A stretch of DNA of 64,000 bases from Chloroflexota bacterium (GCA_963663275.1 OY760183.1:1-64000); one strand, 5' to 3'. Counted from the first letter of the stretch, positions 1 to 9,422 are shown. The notes: generated by a model not told the origin, from the sequence alone. Program-made: numbers and translations.

Positions 1-190
1 TCGCTACCGGAGCGGAACCGCCTAAATCGGCAATTCTTCTTGCAATAGTGATTTTCAATGAGGCGTATGCCTATGCCTGCCTCTCAGCGCATCGCTACGC
101 CAGCGCCATTCCCACACAAGCGGCAACAGTCAAAGGATCAGACTCACGAGCCACACGGCCCATCTGCAATTTGATAAGGAAGGCACACCC

Positions 191-1246
191 ATGCGCCCGC
201 TCGCGTTCGAATACGACCTCTCCCAACACATAGACGAAGCCCAACCCGCGATGCTCTTCAATGGGAACACACCCGAAGAGTTGCGCGATTGGCAAGAGCG
301 TTTCCGCGCCACGGTGCTGAGGCTGCTCGGCATCCTGCCGGAACGCGCCCCGCTCGTCGTCGAATATGAATCAGAGACCGACTGCGGCGCCTACACACGC
401 CACAAGATTCGCTACCAGACCGAGCGCGACGTCTGGGTACCAGCCTATCTGCTGACGCCCAAGGGTGTTTCCGCTGAGCGAAAGTCGGCGGCGATACTCT
501 GCCTGCACGGGCACGGGCGGTTCGGCAAAGACAGCGTGGTCGGCATCGCGGATACGCCGGAGCGCGCGGCGGAAGTCAACCGCCTGCAATACGACTTTGG
601 ACATCGCTTTGCCGAAAAGGGCTACGTGGTGCTCGCGCCGGATCTGCGCGGCTTTGGCGAGCGCCAGCCGCACTACCCCGACCCCAAGCCCGACTACTGC
701 TGCCGCAACTACATGGCCGCCACGCTGCTGGGCCGCACCGTGGTGGGCTACCAACTCTGCGACCTGCACGCGGCGCTGGACGTCTTGCAGTCCCTGCCCT
801 ACGTGGACTCCGGCAAGCTGGCGGCGGCCGGCCTTTCCTACGGCGGGCGCATGACGATGCTGATCAGCGCCATGGACTCCCGCATCACGGCCTGCGTGCC
901 TTCCGGCTGCCTGAACGTGTACCAGGAACGCTACCAGAATCTGCACCAGTGCGGCTCGCAGCTTATTCCCAGCCTGCTGCTCTACGGCGACACGCCGGAG
1001 ATATTCTCCCTCATCGCGCCGCGCCCGATGGTGGTCGAGTGGGGCCTGCGGGATAAGCTCATCCCCCACGACTGGGCCGAGCGCGCCTTGTCCCGCCTCC
1101 GCCGGGCCTACGCCGCCGCCGGCGCGCCGGACCGCCTCACCGTGCACCAATTCGACAAAGGCCACGTCTTCGAAGGCACGGTTGGCGCGGAGATGCTGGC
1201 GCAATGGCGGCAGGATGCTATTGTTGACTTTCCCACTACACAATAA
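191..1246 (+). CDS. alpha/beta hydrolase (dienelactone hydrolase/acetylxylan esterase-like)
   Basis: LCLHGHG, nucleophile elbow GLSYGG, C-terminal His (KGHVF); RBS AAGGAAGG upstream. Confidence 0.85.
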   Translation: MRPLAFEYDLSQHIDEAQPAMLFNGNTPEELRDWQERFRATVLRLLGILPERAPLVVEYESETDCGAYTRHKIRYQTERDVWVPAYLLTPKGVSAERKSAAILCLHGHGRFGKDSVVGIADTPERAAEVNRLQYDFGHRFAEKGYVVLAPDLRGFGERQPHYPDPKPDYCCRNYMAATLLGRTVVGYQLCDLHAALDVLQSLPYVDSGKLAAAGLSYGGRMTMLISAMDSRITACVPSGCLNVYQERYQNLHQCGSQLIPSLLLYGDTPEIFSLIAPRPMVVEWGLRDKLIPHDWAERALSRLRRAYAAAGAPDRLTVHQFDKGHVFEGTVGAEMLAQWRQDAIVDFPTTQ

Positions 1247-1453
1247 CCAAAAAACTGGGGAGACGGCGCACTCCACGCCCGTTTGACCTTGCGTGCGCCC
1301 ACAAGCTGTGCTAACATGCTCTTATTGTTGATATTCTGACTGCACAATCAGTAGAATATCGCAAGCCAAGCTGCTGTCTACCCTCAACATCCCTAGCTCC
1401 CATTCCAACCCTGTGCTACACTAGCGACATTGTTGATATTTCCGCTCCACAAT
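1220..1453 (+). repeat. three copies of a 25-bp dyad motif ATTGT-N15-ACAAT at ~105-bp spacing
   Basis: Copies at 1220-1244, 1324-1348, 1429-1453, all starting ATTGTTGA; copies 2 and 3 are preceded by CTGTGCTA(A/C). Confidence 0.7.
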
Positions 1454-1478
1454 AGCAAGAAAGAAAGGAGACGCCAGG

Positions 1479-3026
1479 ATGAACAGACTGCTTGCCGCCA
1501 TCGGGCTAAGCGTCTTCCTGGCGCTCTCTACGTTCGCGACCGCTCAAGCCGCCACCGCCACCGCCAACGATAGCTCCCAGGCCGATTGCCAATTCGTCTT
1601 CGGCTTCCAGTCCCTGCGCGACCTCATCGGCCACGACGTCGTGGGCGAGTGCCTGGAGAACGAAGGCCCCACCGCCAGCGGCGACGGCGTGCAGCAGCAG
1701 ACCACCGGCGGCCTGCTGGTCTGGCGCCAGGCCGACAACTGGACCGCTTTCACCGACGGCTACTACACCTGGGTGCTCGGCCCGAACGGCGTTCAAAAGC
1801 GCCTGAACTCCGAGCGCTTCGAATGGGAAGCCGACTACGCGCCGGGCGGCGGCATCGCAACGCCCACGCCCGCGCCGACCGCCGTGCCCGCGCCCACGGC
1901 GGCGCCTTTGCCGACCGCGGCGCCCATGTCGGCCGCAAGGCCCAGCCGCATGCGTACCGCGATGGCCATGCCGCTGTCCGCCCGCCGGCCCATGCCGCGC
2001 CTGATGGCGCCGCCCGCCGCGCTCAAGGTGGACTCGTTCTACCGGAAGCACCTGGACGCCGGCGGGCTGCCGATCGTCGCCTCGGACAAGGTGATGGACA
2101 GCGCCCTCTATCGCGCCCGGGACATCATCGACGAGATGCTGGCACACCGTCCCGAACTGCGCGCCACCATCGCCGCCTTGGGCATGAAGATCTCCGTGGT
2201 AGCCGGCGCGGAAGTCATCACGGACATACCGGAATTCAGCGACCTCTACAAGACGGCGCCCGGCGTGGACTGGAACACGCGCGTGCAGGGCGGCGGCCTG
2301 GCCGGCAACCTGAACTACCCCTCAACCGCGGTCTGGGCCGAAAACCTGCTCTGCTCGCCGGGCGACGCCTTCCCCTACGAGGACATCTTCGTGCACGAGT
2401 TCGCGCACACCGTGCTCAAGATGGGCATCGAGAACCAGCCGGGCGGCAAGAGCTTCCGCAATCGCCTGGAAAACGCCTTCCGCACCGCCCTGCGCAACGG
2501 CCTGTGGATCGACACCTACGCGGCTGAGAACGCTGACGAATACTGGGCCGAGGGCGTGCAGTCCTGGTTCGGGCTGAACGATCCCCCCGGCATCTACCAC
2601 AACGAGATAAACACCCGCGCCGAACTGAAGGCCTACGACCCAACCCTGGCCAACCTGATCCGCGAGGTCTTCGGCGACAACACTATCACGAGTTCCTGTC
2701 ACACCACGGTGGACGTGCAGAAGGACTACCGCATTCAGGGTAAAGTGGTGGACGCCAACGGCCGGCCGCTGCAGGGTATCGTCCTCTGGGCATGGCAGGG
2801 CGATATGCTTACCAGCGGGTGCGAATTCACGGCGGCGAACGGCACGTTCAACATCAAGGTGCCCGCCGGCACGTTCACCCTGGACATCTACCTGGAGCGC
2901 GGCGCGGGACGTGAATTCGCCGGCTGGTTCGATGGAAACACTATCACGAACAACCGGTGGCAGGCCGCGACTATCAAGGTAACGGACCGGAACGTCGGCG
3001 GCATCGTCATCCGCCTGCCGAGCTAA
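1479..3026 (+). CDS. secreted zinc metallopeptidase-domain protein with Pro/Thr linker and C-terminal beta-sandwich domain
   Basis: Signal peptide; PTPAPT linker; HEFAH zincin motif followed by EYWAEG; C-terminal IQGKVVDANGRPLQG (carboxypeptidase-regulatory-like); RBS AAAGGAG. Confidence 0.75.
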   Translation: MNRLLAAIGLSVFLALSTFATAQAATATANDSSQADCQFVFGFQSLRDLIGHDVVGECLENEGPTASGDGVQQQTTGGLLVWRQADNWTAFTDGYYTWVLGPNGVQKRLNSERFEWEADYAPGGGIATPTPAPTAVPAPTAAPLPTAAPMSAARPSRMRTAMAMPLSARRPMPRLMAPPAALKVDSFYRKHLDAGGLPIVASDKVMDSALYRARDIIDEMLAHRPELRATIAALGMKISVVAGAEVITDIPEFSDLYKTAPGVDWNTRVQGGGLAGNLNYPSTAVWAENLLCSPGDAFPYEDIFVHEFAHTVLKMGIENQPGGKSFRNRLENAFRTALRNGLWIDTYAAENADEYWAEGVQSWFGLNDPPGIYHNEINTRAELKAYDPTLANLIREVFGDNTITSSCHTTVDVQKDYRIQGKVVDANGRPLQGIVLWAWQGDMLTSGCEFTAANGTFNIKVPAGTFTLDIYLERGAGREFAGWFDGNTITNNRWQAATIKVTDRNVGGIVIRLPS

Positions 3027-3167
3027 ACTACCAAGCGACATCCAGAGACATTACACGCTAGGCGAGAAGCCAGCAGTCTGCGGGGTTCGCCCATGGACGC
3101 GCCGCCGCCGCGTAACAGCGGCGGAGCAAGGCGAAACAGGAAGTGTTGCGCGGCGCGCAACGAGGGA

Positions 3168-3190
3168 GGGGGCACGACGTGTCGTGCCCC
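3168..3190. repeat. REP-like palindrome family A, GTAGGGGCACGAC(A/G)TGTCGTGCCCCTAC (partial copy)
   Basis: Full copies at 10706-10733, 19223-19250, 42807-42834, 52143-52170. Confidence 0.85.
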
Positions 3191-3278
3191 CTCCCTCGTT
3201 TCATTTCCCTGGCCGAGCGAGCGGCGCGCGGGCAAGGACGCGGCACATCCCTTCGTCCGGATGTTCGCGGCCAAACCT

Positions 3279-3445
3279 CGCGCAGGTTGCAAACCTACGC
3301 TACCGGATGGGAGTTCGTCCAACTGCCTGGTACCGCGCCCCGCGCAAGTTGCAAATCTACGCTACCGGACTGGACTCTCGCCCGGTAGCCTGCCGCCGCC
3401 GCCCGCGCAGGTTGCAAACCTACGCTACCGGATGGGAGTTCGCCC
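3279..3445. repeat. three tandem REP-like units GCGCAGGTTGCAAACCTACGCTACCGGA, ~63-bp period
   Basis: Copies near 3280, 3342, 3405; same family dispersed near 17690, 29646, 30250, 55538, 63148. Confidence 0.85.
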
Positions 3446-3472
3446 GGCCGCTTGCGGCGCCGCGCTTATCCG

Positions 3473-4141
3473 TTAGCCGTAGCGCTCTTCGGTCCAGGGA
3501 TCGCCGCGCATGTGGTAGCCGCGTTGTTCCCAGAAGCCGGGCGCGTCGGCGTTCACGAACTCCAGGCCGCGCAGCCACTTGGCGCTCTTCCAGAAGTAGA
3601 GGTGGGGCACCATCAGGCGCAGCGGCCAGCCGTGGTCGTGGGTGAGGTTCTCGCCGTTGTGCTTGTAGGCCAGCAGCACGTCCTCGCGCAGGAAGTCGGC
3701 CAGGGGCAGGTTGGCGGTGTAGCCCTGTTCGGCGTGGGCGATGACGTGGGTGGCGTCCGCTGAAATCGCGGCCTGCTCCGCCACGTAGAGCGCCGGCACG
3801 CCCTCGAACACGTTGTCCAGCAGGCTCCAGGTGGTGACGCAATGGACGTCGCAGAGCACCTTCTTGGTGGGCAGGCCCATGAACTCATCGTAATTCCACG
3901 TAAGCGGGTTTTCCACCAGGCCGACGATGCGCAAGTCCCACCTGGCGGGATCGAAGCGAGGCGTGTAGCCGTAGGTAAGCACCGGCCAGCCGCGCGTCAC
4001 CCACTGCCCCGGCGGCACCCGCGAGCGGTCGGTTGGGCGGGCGTCCAGCGCGCCGGCGGCCTCTTCTTGTAGGCGCTCCGGCAGCGCCGCGTCGTCGTCA
4101 TCCCGCCTGCCAAGTCCTGAGAGAAAACGTCCGAGTTCCAT
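3473..4141 (-). CDS. sulfite oxidase-like molybdopterin-binding oxidoreductase
   Basis: RVPPGQ, DVHCVTTWS, HGWPLRL, YFWKSAKW, GFWEQRGYH motifs. Confidence 0.9.
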   Translation of the reverse strand: MELGRFLSGLGRRDDDDAALPERLQEEAAGALDARPTDRSRVPPGQWVTRGWPVLTYGYTPRFDPARWDLRIVGLVENPLTWNYDEFMGLPTKKVLCDVHCVTTWSLLDNVFEGVPALYVAEQAAISADATHVIAHAEQGYTANLPLADFLREDVLLAYKHNGENLTHDHGWPLRLMVPHLYFWKSAKWLRGLEFVNADAPGFWEQRGYHMRGDPWTEERYG

Positions 4142-4276
4142 GGTGCTACTCCCTCTCTATCCACTGTCGCCGCTGCGCCAAGTGAAGATCGTCCTGCTCG
4201 AGCCGGTCAGCGTCCGCGCGGACTGCTGAATCCCACAATTCCAGATTACCATAGCCGCTCCCGCGCGCATGGGCGG

Positions 4277-5317
4277 CTAACCGCACACCTGCCTGAAGAC
4301 CCGCAGGTGGTTGAGGCCCAGCAGTTTGCGCAGGTCGTCCTCGCGCCAGCCGCGTCGCAGCAGGCCCTCGGTGATGCGCGGCGTCACGGTGGCGTCTTGC
4401 AGCACGTCGCCGCCGCCGTCGAAGTCGGAGCCCAGGCCGATGCAGTCCGTCCCGGCGACTTGCGCAATGTGGTCGAAGTGGTCGAGCAGCCGTTCCAGCG
4501 TGCGCTTGCTCTCGTCGGCGTCCATGAACGCGGGCACGTAGGTCACGCCGATGACGCCGCCGTTATCCGCCACGGCGCGAATCTGATCATCGGTGAGATT
4601 GCGCGGATGGTCGCACAGGGCGCGGCAGGCGTTATGTGAACCGATAATCGGCGCGGACGTGACCTCCATCACGTCCCAGAAACCCCGGTCGCTGATGTGG
4701 GAGATGTCCACGATCATGCCCAGGTCGTTCATGTGGCGCACCAAATCGCGCCCAAAGTGCGTCAGGCCGCCGCCGGTGACGTTCTCGAACGCGCCGTCGG
4801 CGGCGTGGGCGCGGTAACTCCACGTGAGCGTCATGGAGCGCACGCCGATACGCTGAAGCATCGGCAGCACCCAGAGGCTGCGCTCCAGCACATCGGAGTT
4901 CTCGATGGTGAGCACGGCGGCGATCCGGCCGCCGGCCACGATGGATTCGATTTCGTCCGCCGTGGTCGCCAGCGCGATTTGGTCGCTATGAGCGTCCACC
5001 TCGGCCAGAAACCAGCCAAAGGCGTCCATAGCGTACAGCAGGTGATTGCCCCAGACGCGGGTGACGTCCACGGCGCAGTAGACCACGTCGATGCCGCCGG
5101 CCCGCAACTTGGGCAGGTTGACCTGCATCTCGCGCCCGCCGGGCATCAGCGAACCCCGCAAGAATGTCACCACGCTCTCCGGCTCCGCCCGCGCCGGCGC
5201 GTCCGGCCCGGCAATGCTCTCCCCCCTGCGCAGCAGATAGGCGACAATCGCGTCGTTGTGGGAATCGATGACGAGGGAGGAATTGTGCAATTCAGAGGCG
5301 CTGGATTCTGTTGACAT
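4277..5317 (-). CDS. membrane dipeptidase (peptidase M19)
   Basis: DSHND, IVDISH, SHNACRALCDHPRNLTD, GLGSDFDG; RBS AAAGGAG before MSTES. Confidence 0.9.
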   Translation of the reverse strand: MSTESSASELHNSSLVIDSHNDAIVAYLLRRGESIAGPDAPARAEPESVVTFLRGSLMPGGREMQVNLPKLRAGGIDVVYCAVDVTRVWGNHLLYAMDAFGWFLAEVDAHSDQIALATTADEIESIVAGGRIAAVLTIENSDVLERSLWVLPMLQRIGVRSMTLTWSYRAHAADGAFENVTGGGLTHFGRDLVRHMNDLGMIVDISHISDRGFWDVMEVTSAPIIGSHNACRALCDHPRNLTDDQIRAVADNGGVIGVTYVPAFMDADESKRTLERLLDHFDHIAQVAGTDCIGLGSDFDGGGDVLQDATVTPRITEGLLRRGWREDDLRKLLGLNHLRVFRQVCG

Positions 5318-5353
5318 GGTTGCTCCTTTGCTATGCAAAGAGTGAAACAGTGA

Positions 5354-5381
5354 TTGCAAGCACGGGCCGATGTGCTAAAAT
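5354..5381 (+). promoter_or_regulatory. sigma70-type promoter
   Basis: TTGCAA-16 nt-TAAAAT with extended -10 TGTG. Confidence 0.55.
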
Positions 5382-5387
5382 GGAATC

Positions 5388-5488
5388 ATTATGACCCGTC
5401 GGCGATAAAGTAACCCTTTCGGGCAGTTGCTGACAGTCTCATCCCCAAGGGGGCGCATTATAGGTAATGCGCCCCCTTGAGTCTTTTG
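5388..5488 (+). ncRNA. candidate ~100-nt structured small RNA ending in a terminator-like hairpin
   Basis: GTCGGCGA/TTGCTGAC stem enclosing CCC-TTTC-GGG; perfect 15-bp stem 5446-5479 followed by AGTCTTTT. Confidence 0.4.
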
Positions 5489-5571
5489 CTTATGCGAATG
5501 TGCCGTCGGCTGGTGGAATTCCGGCCATGGAGCGTTCACGAGATCACCGAGGCAGTGTAACGACGTGCTTG

Positions 5572-6207
5572 CTAGCTCCTCCATTTCGCAGGCTTCCTGA
5601 TGGCGCCGTGCGCATCCGTCAAAGTATCTGGAAACTGGCACTCTCGCAAGTGACGGGGCCGCAGTCTCCTGACGTAGGTTGCTGCGATTTCCAGTGACCG
5701 ATGCGTCCTGGTCTTGTTATCTGGATTGACTACAGCAACGTGAAGACCTAAGTCATCCCGCACGTACTGAATTGCGCTGCTAAAGTCAGAGTCGTTGGAC
5801 ACAACGACAGCCTTCTCATACGCCTGGTTAAATCCATCAACCAGAAGCCTCGTCACAAGGTTTACGTCCGTTCCCTTCTCTTCCGTATGCTTGACCTGAA
5901 CATAGTCCGGCATTCCCTCAATGGGAAATGCCAACGGACGCGACTTAGTCCGTGTTCGGAACGTACCGAAGTGGGCTTCAAATCCCGGCAGCGTTGCCAG
6001 CGCCCTCAGGTAGATCAGTTGCCGCCGAACTTGCCCTGGATCGTGAGACCGTTGGTTAATTTTGCTGGTAAAGTAGCAGATCCGACTAATGGTATCTTCC
6101 GGGAAGAGCGCTTCAGCCAGCTTTCGCAAGTCGAGCCACTTGAAGGGAGTACCCTTGATTGCACGGAAATAGAGATTCAGTCCGTCAACATATACATTCG
6201 TCTTCAT
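5572..6207 (-). CDS. NYN domain (PIN-like, LabA/DUF88) ribonuclease
   Basis: VYVDGLNLY, EEKGTDVNL, VVSNDSDF acidic motifs; visibly lower GC than flanks. Confidence 0.92.
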   Translation of the reverse strand: MKTNVYVDGLNLYFRAIKGTPFKWLDLRKLAEALFPEDTISRICYFTSKINQRSHDPGQVRRQLIYLRALATLPGFEAHFGTFRTRTKSRPLAFPIEGMPDYVQVKHTEEKGTDVNLVTRLLVDGFNQAYEKAVVVSNDSDFSSAIQYVRDDLGLHVAVVNPDNKTRTHRSLEIAATYVRRLRPRHLRECQFPDTLTDAHGAIRKPAKWRS

Positions 6208-6228
6208 CAGTTGCCCTGCCGGTTTGCC

Positions 6229-6292
6229 AAAAGAACAGAGGCCACCCAATGGGTGGCCTCAACCCTGCCAGCGAAGTGAACAGGGGCTGTAC
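6229..6292 (-). ncRNA. candidate short leader RNA with intrinsic terminator upstream of the NYN gene
   Basis: CCCTG/CAGGG stem, then perfect 10-bp stem GAGGCCACCC-ATT-GGGTGGCCTC (6238-6260) plus TGTTCTTTT; hairpin ends 30 nt before the ATG. Confidence 0.55.
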
Positions 6293-6296
6293 CGGC

Positions 6297-6326
6297 ATAC
6301 TACCACCCGTAGAACCTGCCAGTCAA
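6297..6326 (-). promoter_or_regulatory. sigma70-type promoter for the NYN unit
   Basis: TTGACT-18 nt-TAGTAT with TG extension. Confidence 0.6.
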
Positions 6327-6379
6327 GCGTTGCGCTGCTCCGCCGTTGTCATTCCAGGTCTCTGCTCGCCCGGCTCCCG

Positions 6380-7342
6380 CTAGTTCCCCTCTTTCGTCAC
6401 CACGTCGATCAGCGCCTGGATGTAGCCGTTCGCAAACGCCCGGCCCTGGTGGCCCCAGGCGGAATCGCCGTCGGTTTGCGGCACGTGGTCGTCGATGAAG
6501 AAGCCGTCGAACCCCACCTCGTGGTAGATCTGCATCGCCTTGTGCATGTCCACGTAGCCGGTGTTGATGAACTCCTCCTGGAACTTGGGCACGGGGCTCG
6601 AGACGTTGCGGAAGTGCACGTAGAGGATCTTCTTGCGCTCGCCGAAGTAGCGGATCATCTCATAGATGTCCTCGCCCCGCATCTCGGCAAACGTGCCCTG
6701 GCAGAACTCCACGGCGTTGCACTCGGACGGGTAGATCTCGATCAGGCGCTTATACGAGTCGAAGTTGCGGAAGAGCAGGGGAATGCCGCCGAGCCGCTCC
6801 ATCGGCGGGTCACAGGGATGGATGCCGAGGCGGATGCCCTCTTCCTCGGCGATGGGCGTGATGAGCTTGATCCAGTATTCCAGGTTCGCCCACACCTCTT
6901 CTTCGGTGTACTCGCGGCCATGCGAGAGCGGCCTCTGCTCGGCCTCCGCGTAATCGAACGCCGTAGCCACCGCGCCGCAGCGAATCTCCGCCGGCGTGGT
7001 GCGCCAGACGTGCGACGGCATCCAGTGATACCCAAAGATGGGAATGCCCGCCCGCGCCATGTTGCGGATTGTGGCGACCATGTTCTCGATTTGCTCGTCG
7101 CGGCGCGGCCCGCCCAGCATCACGTGGTCGTAGAATTCTACCGGCACGTTCTCCAGGGCCGTGAGTTTCAGCCCGTACTCTTCAACGGTCTTGCGCAACT
7201 TCACCAGGTCGTCAAGCTCCCACCGCCCGTTATCCCCCGGCAAATTCGCCGTATTCAACAGCACGTCCGTCGCGCCGTACTGCGCGGCGAATTGCAAGTA
7301 CTCCGGCAACGGGTCGCGAAATTGGCCGAATCCTACGCGCAT
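6380..7342 (-). CDS. mannonate dehydratase (UxuA-like)
   Basis: LGIHPCDPP, EFCQGT, YVHFRNV, IDDHVP, AFANGYI. Confidence 0.85.
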   Translation of the reverse strand: MRVGFGQFRDPLPEYLQFAAQYGATDVLLNTANLPGDNGRWELDDLVKLRKTVEEYGLKLTALENVPVEFYDHVMLGGPRRDEQIENMVATIRNMARAGIPIFGYHWMPSHVWRTTPAEIRCGAVATAFDYAEAEQRPLSHGREYTEEEVWANLEYWIKLITPIAEEEGIRLGIHPCDPPMERLGGIPLLFRNFDSYKRLIEIYPSECNAVEFCQGTFAEMRGEDIYEMIRYFGERKKILYVHFRNVSSPVPKFQEEFINTGYVDMHKAMQIYHEVGFDGFFIDDHVPQTDGDSAWGHQGRAFANGYIQALIDVVTKEGN

Positions 7343-7370
7343 CTCAATCCCTCCTAGCGTGGTCTGTGTG

Positions 7371-8162
7371 CTACGCCATGCAACTCTTCAAGTAGGCAGC
7401 CGTGGCGGGCAAAGATTCCTCTGGATCGCCGGTGATGCCGCACTCCAGGGCCATGAAGCCCTCGAAGCCGATTTCTTGCAGGGCGGCGAAGCCGGAATTG
7501 AACTCCGTGTGGCCGGTGCCGGGTTGGGTGCGGTTGCTGTCGGCCAGGTGGACGTGTTTGACGTATTGCGCCGCATCGCGAATGCTGGCCGCGATGTCCG
7601 CCTCCTCGATGCTCATGTGGAAGAAGTCCGCCATGATCTGCACGTGGGGATGGTTCGCCGCGGCGCAGACGGCGGCGCCGTCCGCCAGTGTATTGACCAG
7701 ATGCGTCTCGTAGCGGTTGAGCGGTTCGACCAGGACGTACGTGCACTCGCGCGCGGCGCTCTCGCCGGCCTCGCGCAGCAGTTCGACGTAGAGATGGCGC
7801 TCCAATTCCGCGCCGCTCTGGTAGGGCGAGAGGTCGGGGAAGATTGGCTCGCGCCCCCGCACCGGCACGGCGATGACGCCCACCAGTCCCAGTTCGCCGG
7901 CCAGCGCCAGCAAGCCTCTGAAGCGCTCCATGCGCGCGGCGCGGTCTTCTTTGGTGACGCCGAGCAAATCGTGCTCCACGCCGGTGCAGATGGTGCTGGC
8001 TTGCACGCTGCTGTTGCCCAGCGCCGCTTTGACCTCCGGCAGCCGTTCCGCCAAGCCGCCGTGCATCAACTCCACGCCTTCGAAACCGAAGCGCTCCAGG
8101 TTGTCTATCTTCTGCTGGAAGGTGTCTCCGGGCACTTTGTTCTCTTGGCAGGCGATTTTCAT
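7371..8162 (-). CDS. sugar phosphate isomerase/epimerase (TIM barrel)
   Basis: EPLNRYE, DFFHMSIEE, HVHLADSNR, PGTGH. Confidence 0.9.
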   Translation of the reverse strand: MKIACQENKVPGDTFQQKIDNLERFGFEGVELMHGGLAERLPEVKAALGNSSVQASTICTGVEHDLLGVTKEDRAARMERFRGLLALAGELGLVGVIAVPVRGREPIFPDLSPYQSGAELERHLYVELLREAGESAARECTYVLVEPLNRYETHLVNTLADGAAVCAAANHPHVQIMADFFHMSIEEADIAASIRDAAQYVKHVHLADSNRTQPGTGHTEFNSGFAALQEIGFEGFMALECGITGDPEESLPATAAYLKSCMA

Positions 8163-8345
8163 GCGCTTTCCTCTCCTCATTGTGTGTTGCCTGGCGGCGT
8201 TACGCCGCGTGCCGCCGTGACCATCGTGATTCGGGACTTCTCAGAGGCGGGGGACAAGCCCCCGCGCTACGTCTTCCCCCCGGTCTGCCGACGGGGGACA
8301 AGCCCCCGTGCTACGTCTTCGCTCTCCCAGCGGCGGTTTAATCCC

Positions 8346-9422
8346 TCACGGAACCAGCATTACCTTCATGCCCTCGGCGTTGTTGTGCGCCGCCTCGATG
8401 GCGTCCGGGAACGCGCTGATCGGGAACATATGGCTGATGAGCGGATCCACGGTGACTTTCCCTTGCAGCAGCAGGTCCATCGCCAGCGGGTAGGTATAGG
8501 GACTAAGGTGCGCGCCGTGGATGTTCAACTCTTTGCGGTCGCCGATGATCGTCCAGTCGGCCTTCACGTCCTCTCCAAACACGCTGAACTCGACGAACGT
8601 GCCCAATTTGCGCACCATGTCCAGCCCTTGCGTCACGCCGGACGGGTGGCCGGTGGCCTCGATGTACACGTCGCAGCCGTAGCCGCCGGTCAGGTCGAGC
8701 ACGGCCTCCTGCGCGCCCGGGTCGGTGGGGTCCAGCACCACGTCGGCGCCGAATTCGGTCGCCAGCGCCCGGCGTCGGGGGTGCAGGTCGATGCCGATGA
8801 GTTGACCGGGTGAATAGAGCCGCGCCGCCTGCAACATGCAGAGGCCGATGTTGCCGAGCCCGGCCACCACCACCGTATCGCCGACCTCAATTCCGCCCCG
8901 TTCCACCGCGTGGAGCGCGCAGCCGAGCGGCTCCACGTAGGCGGCCTGTTCGGCGGTGAGACCGTCCGGCACTTTGTGGACGAGGGCGTTGCGGGGCACG
9001 CGCACGTGGGTGGCCATGCCGCCGTCGCAGATGCCGCCCTTGAAGCCGAAGATGTAGTTGACCTGGCACATCCAGTAATGGCCCCGCGTGCAAAACCGGC
9101 ACCGCCAGCAGGGCACGATCTGCTCCACCACCACCAGATCGCCCTCCTGGAAGCCCTGCCGTTCCGCCGCCGCCGCGTCGATCGCCTCCACGTAGCCGCT
9201 GAACTCATGCCCGGGCACCACCGGCGTAATCACGTAGGGCTTGCGGGTCTCGCTCCCCCAGAAGTGCCCCGCGCCGTCGTAGCACTTGATGTCGCTGGCG
9301 CAGATGCCGCAGGCGGCGGTGCGCAGCACCATGGAGGCGTCCGCCATGACCGGCATGGGCGCCTGTTCCACGCGGTAATCCCCGGGCCCGTAACAGACCA
9401 CCGCATCCATCGTGTCGGCCAT
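8346..9422 (-). CDS. zinc-dependent polyol dehydrogenase (erythritol/threitol dehydrogenase-like)
   Basis: CGICASD, GHEF, CWRCRFC...C structural Zn site, GLGNIG Rossmann motif. Confidence 0.88.
   Translation of the reverse strand: MADTMDAVVCYGPGDYRVEQAPMPVMADASMVLRTAACGICASDIKCYDGAGHFWGSETRKPYVITPVVPGHEFSGYVEAIDAAAAERQGFQEGDLVVVEQIVPCWRCRFCTRGHYWMCQVNYIFGFKGGICDGGMATHVRVPRNALVHKVPDGLTAEQAAYVEPLGCALHAVERGGIEVGDTVVVAGLGNIGLCMLQAARLYSPGQLIGIDLHPRRRALATEFGADVVLDPTDPGAQEAVLDLTGGYGCDVYIEATGHPSGVTQGLDMVRKLGTFVEFSVFGEDVKADWTIIGDRKELNIHGAHLSPYTYPLAMDLLLQGKVTVDPLISHMFPISAFPDAIEAAHNNAEGMKVMLVP

Noticed and set aside
3279-3445. CRISPR-like array (three ~29-bp palindromic repeats with ~33-bp gaps)
   Set aside because: The gaps resemble each other, the repeat occurs singly all over the window as a GTAG REP, and there are no cas genes or leader.
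7161-8813. Long alternative ORFs (e.g. 7161-8813, 19790-21409, 49755-51545, 56197-58038)
   Set aside because: Antisense shadows of well-supported genes, expected in high-GC DNA, with no motifs of their own.
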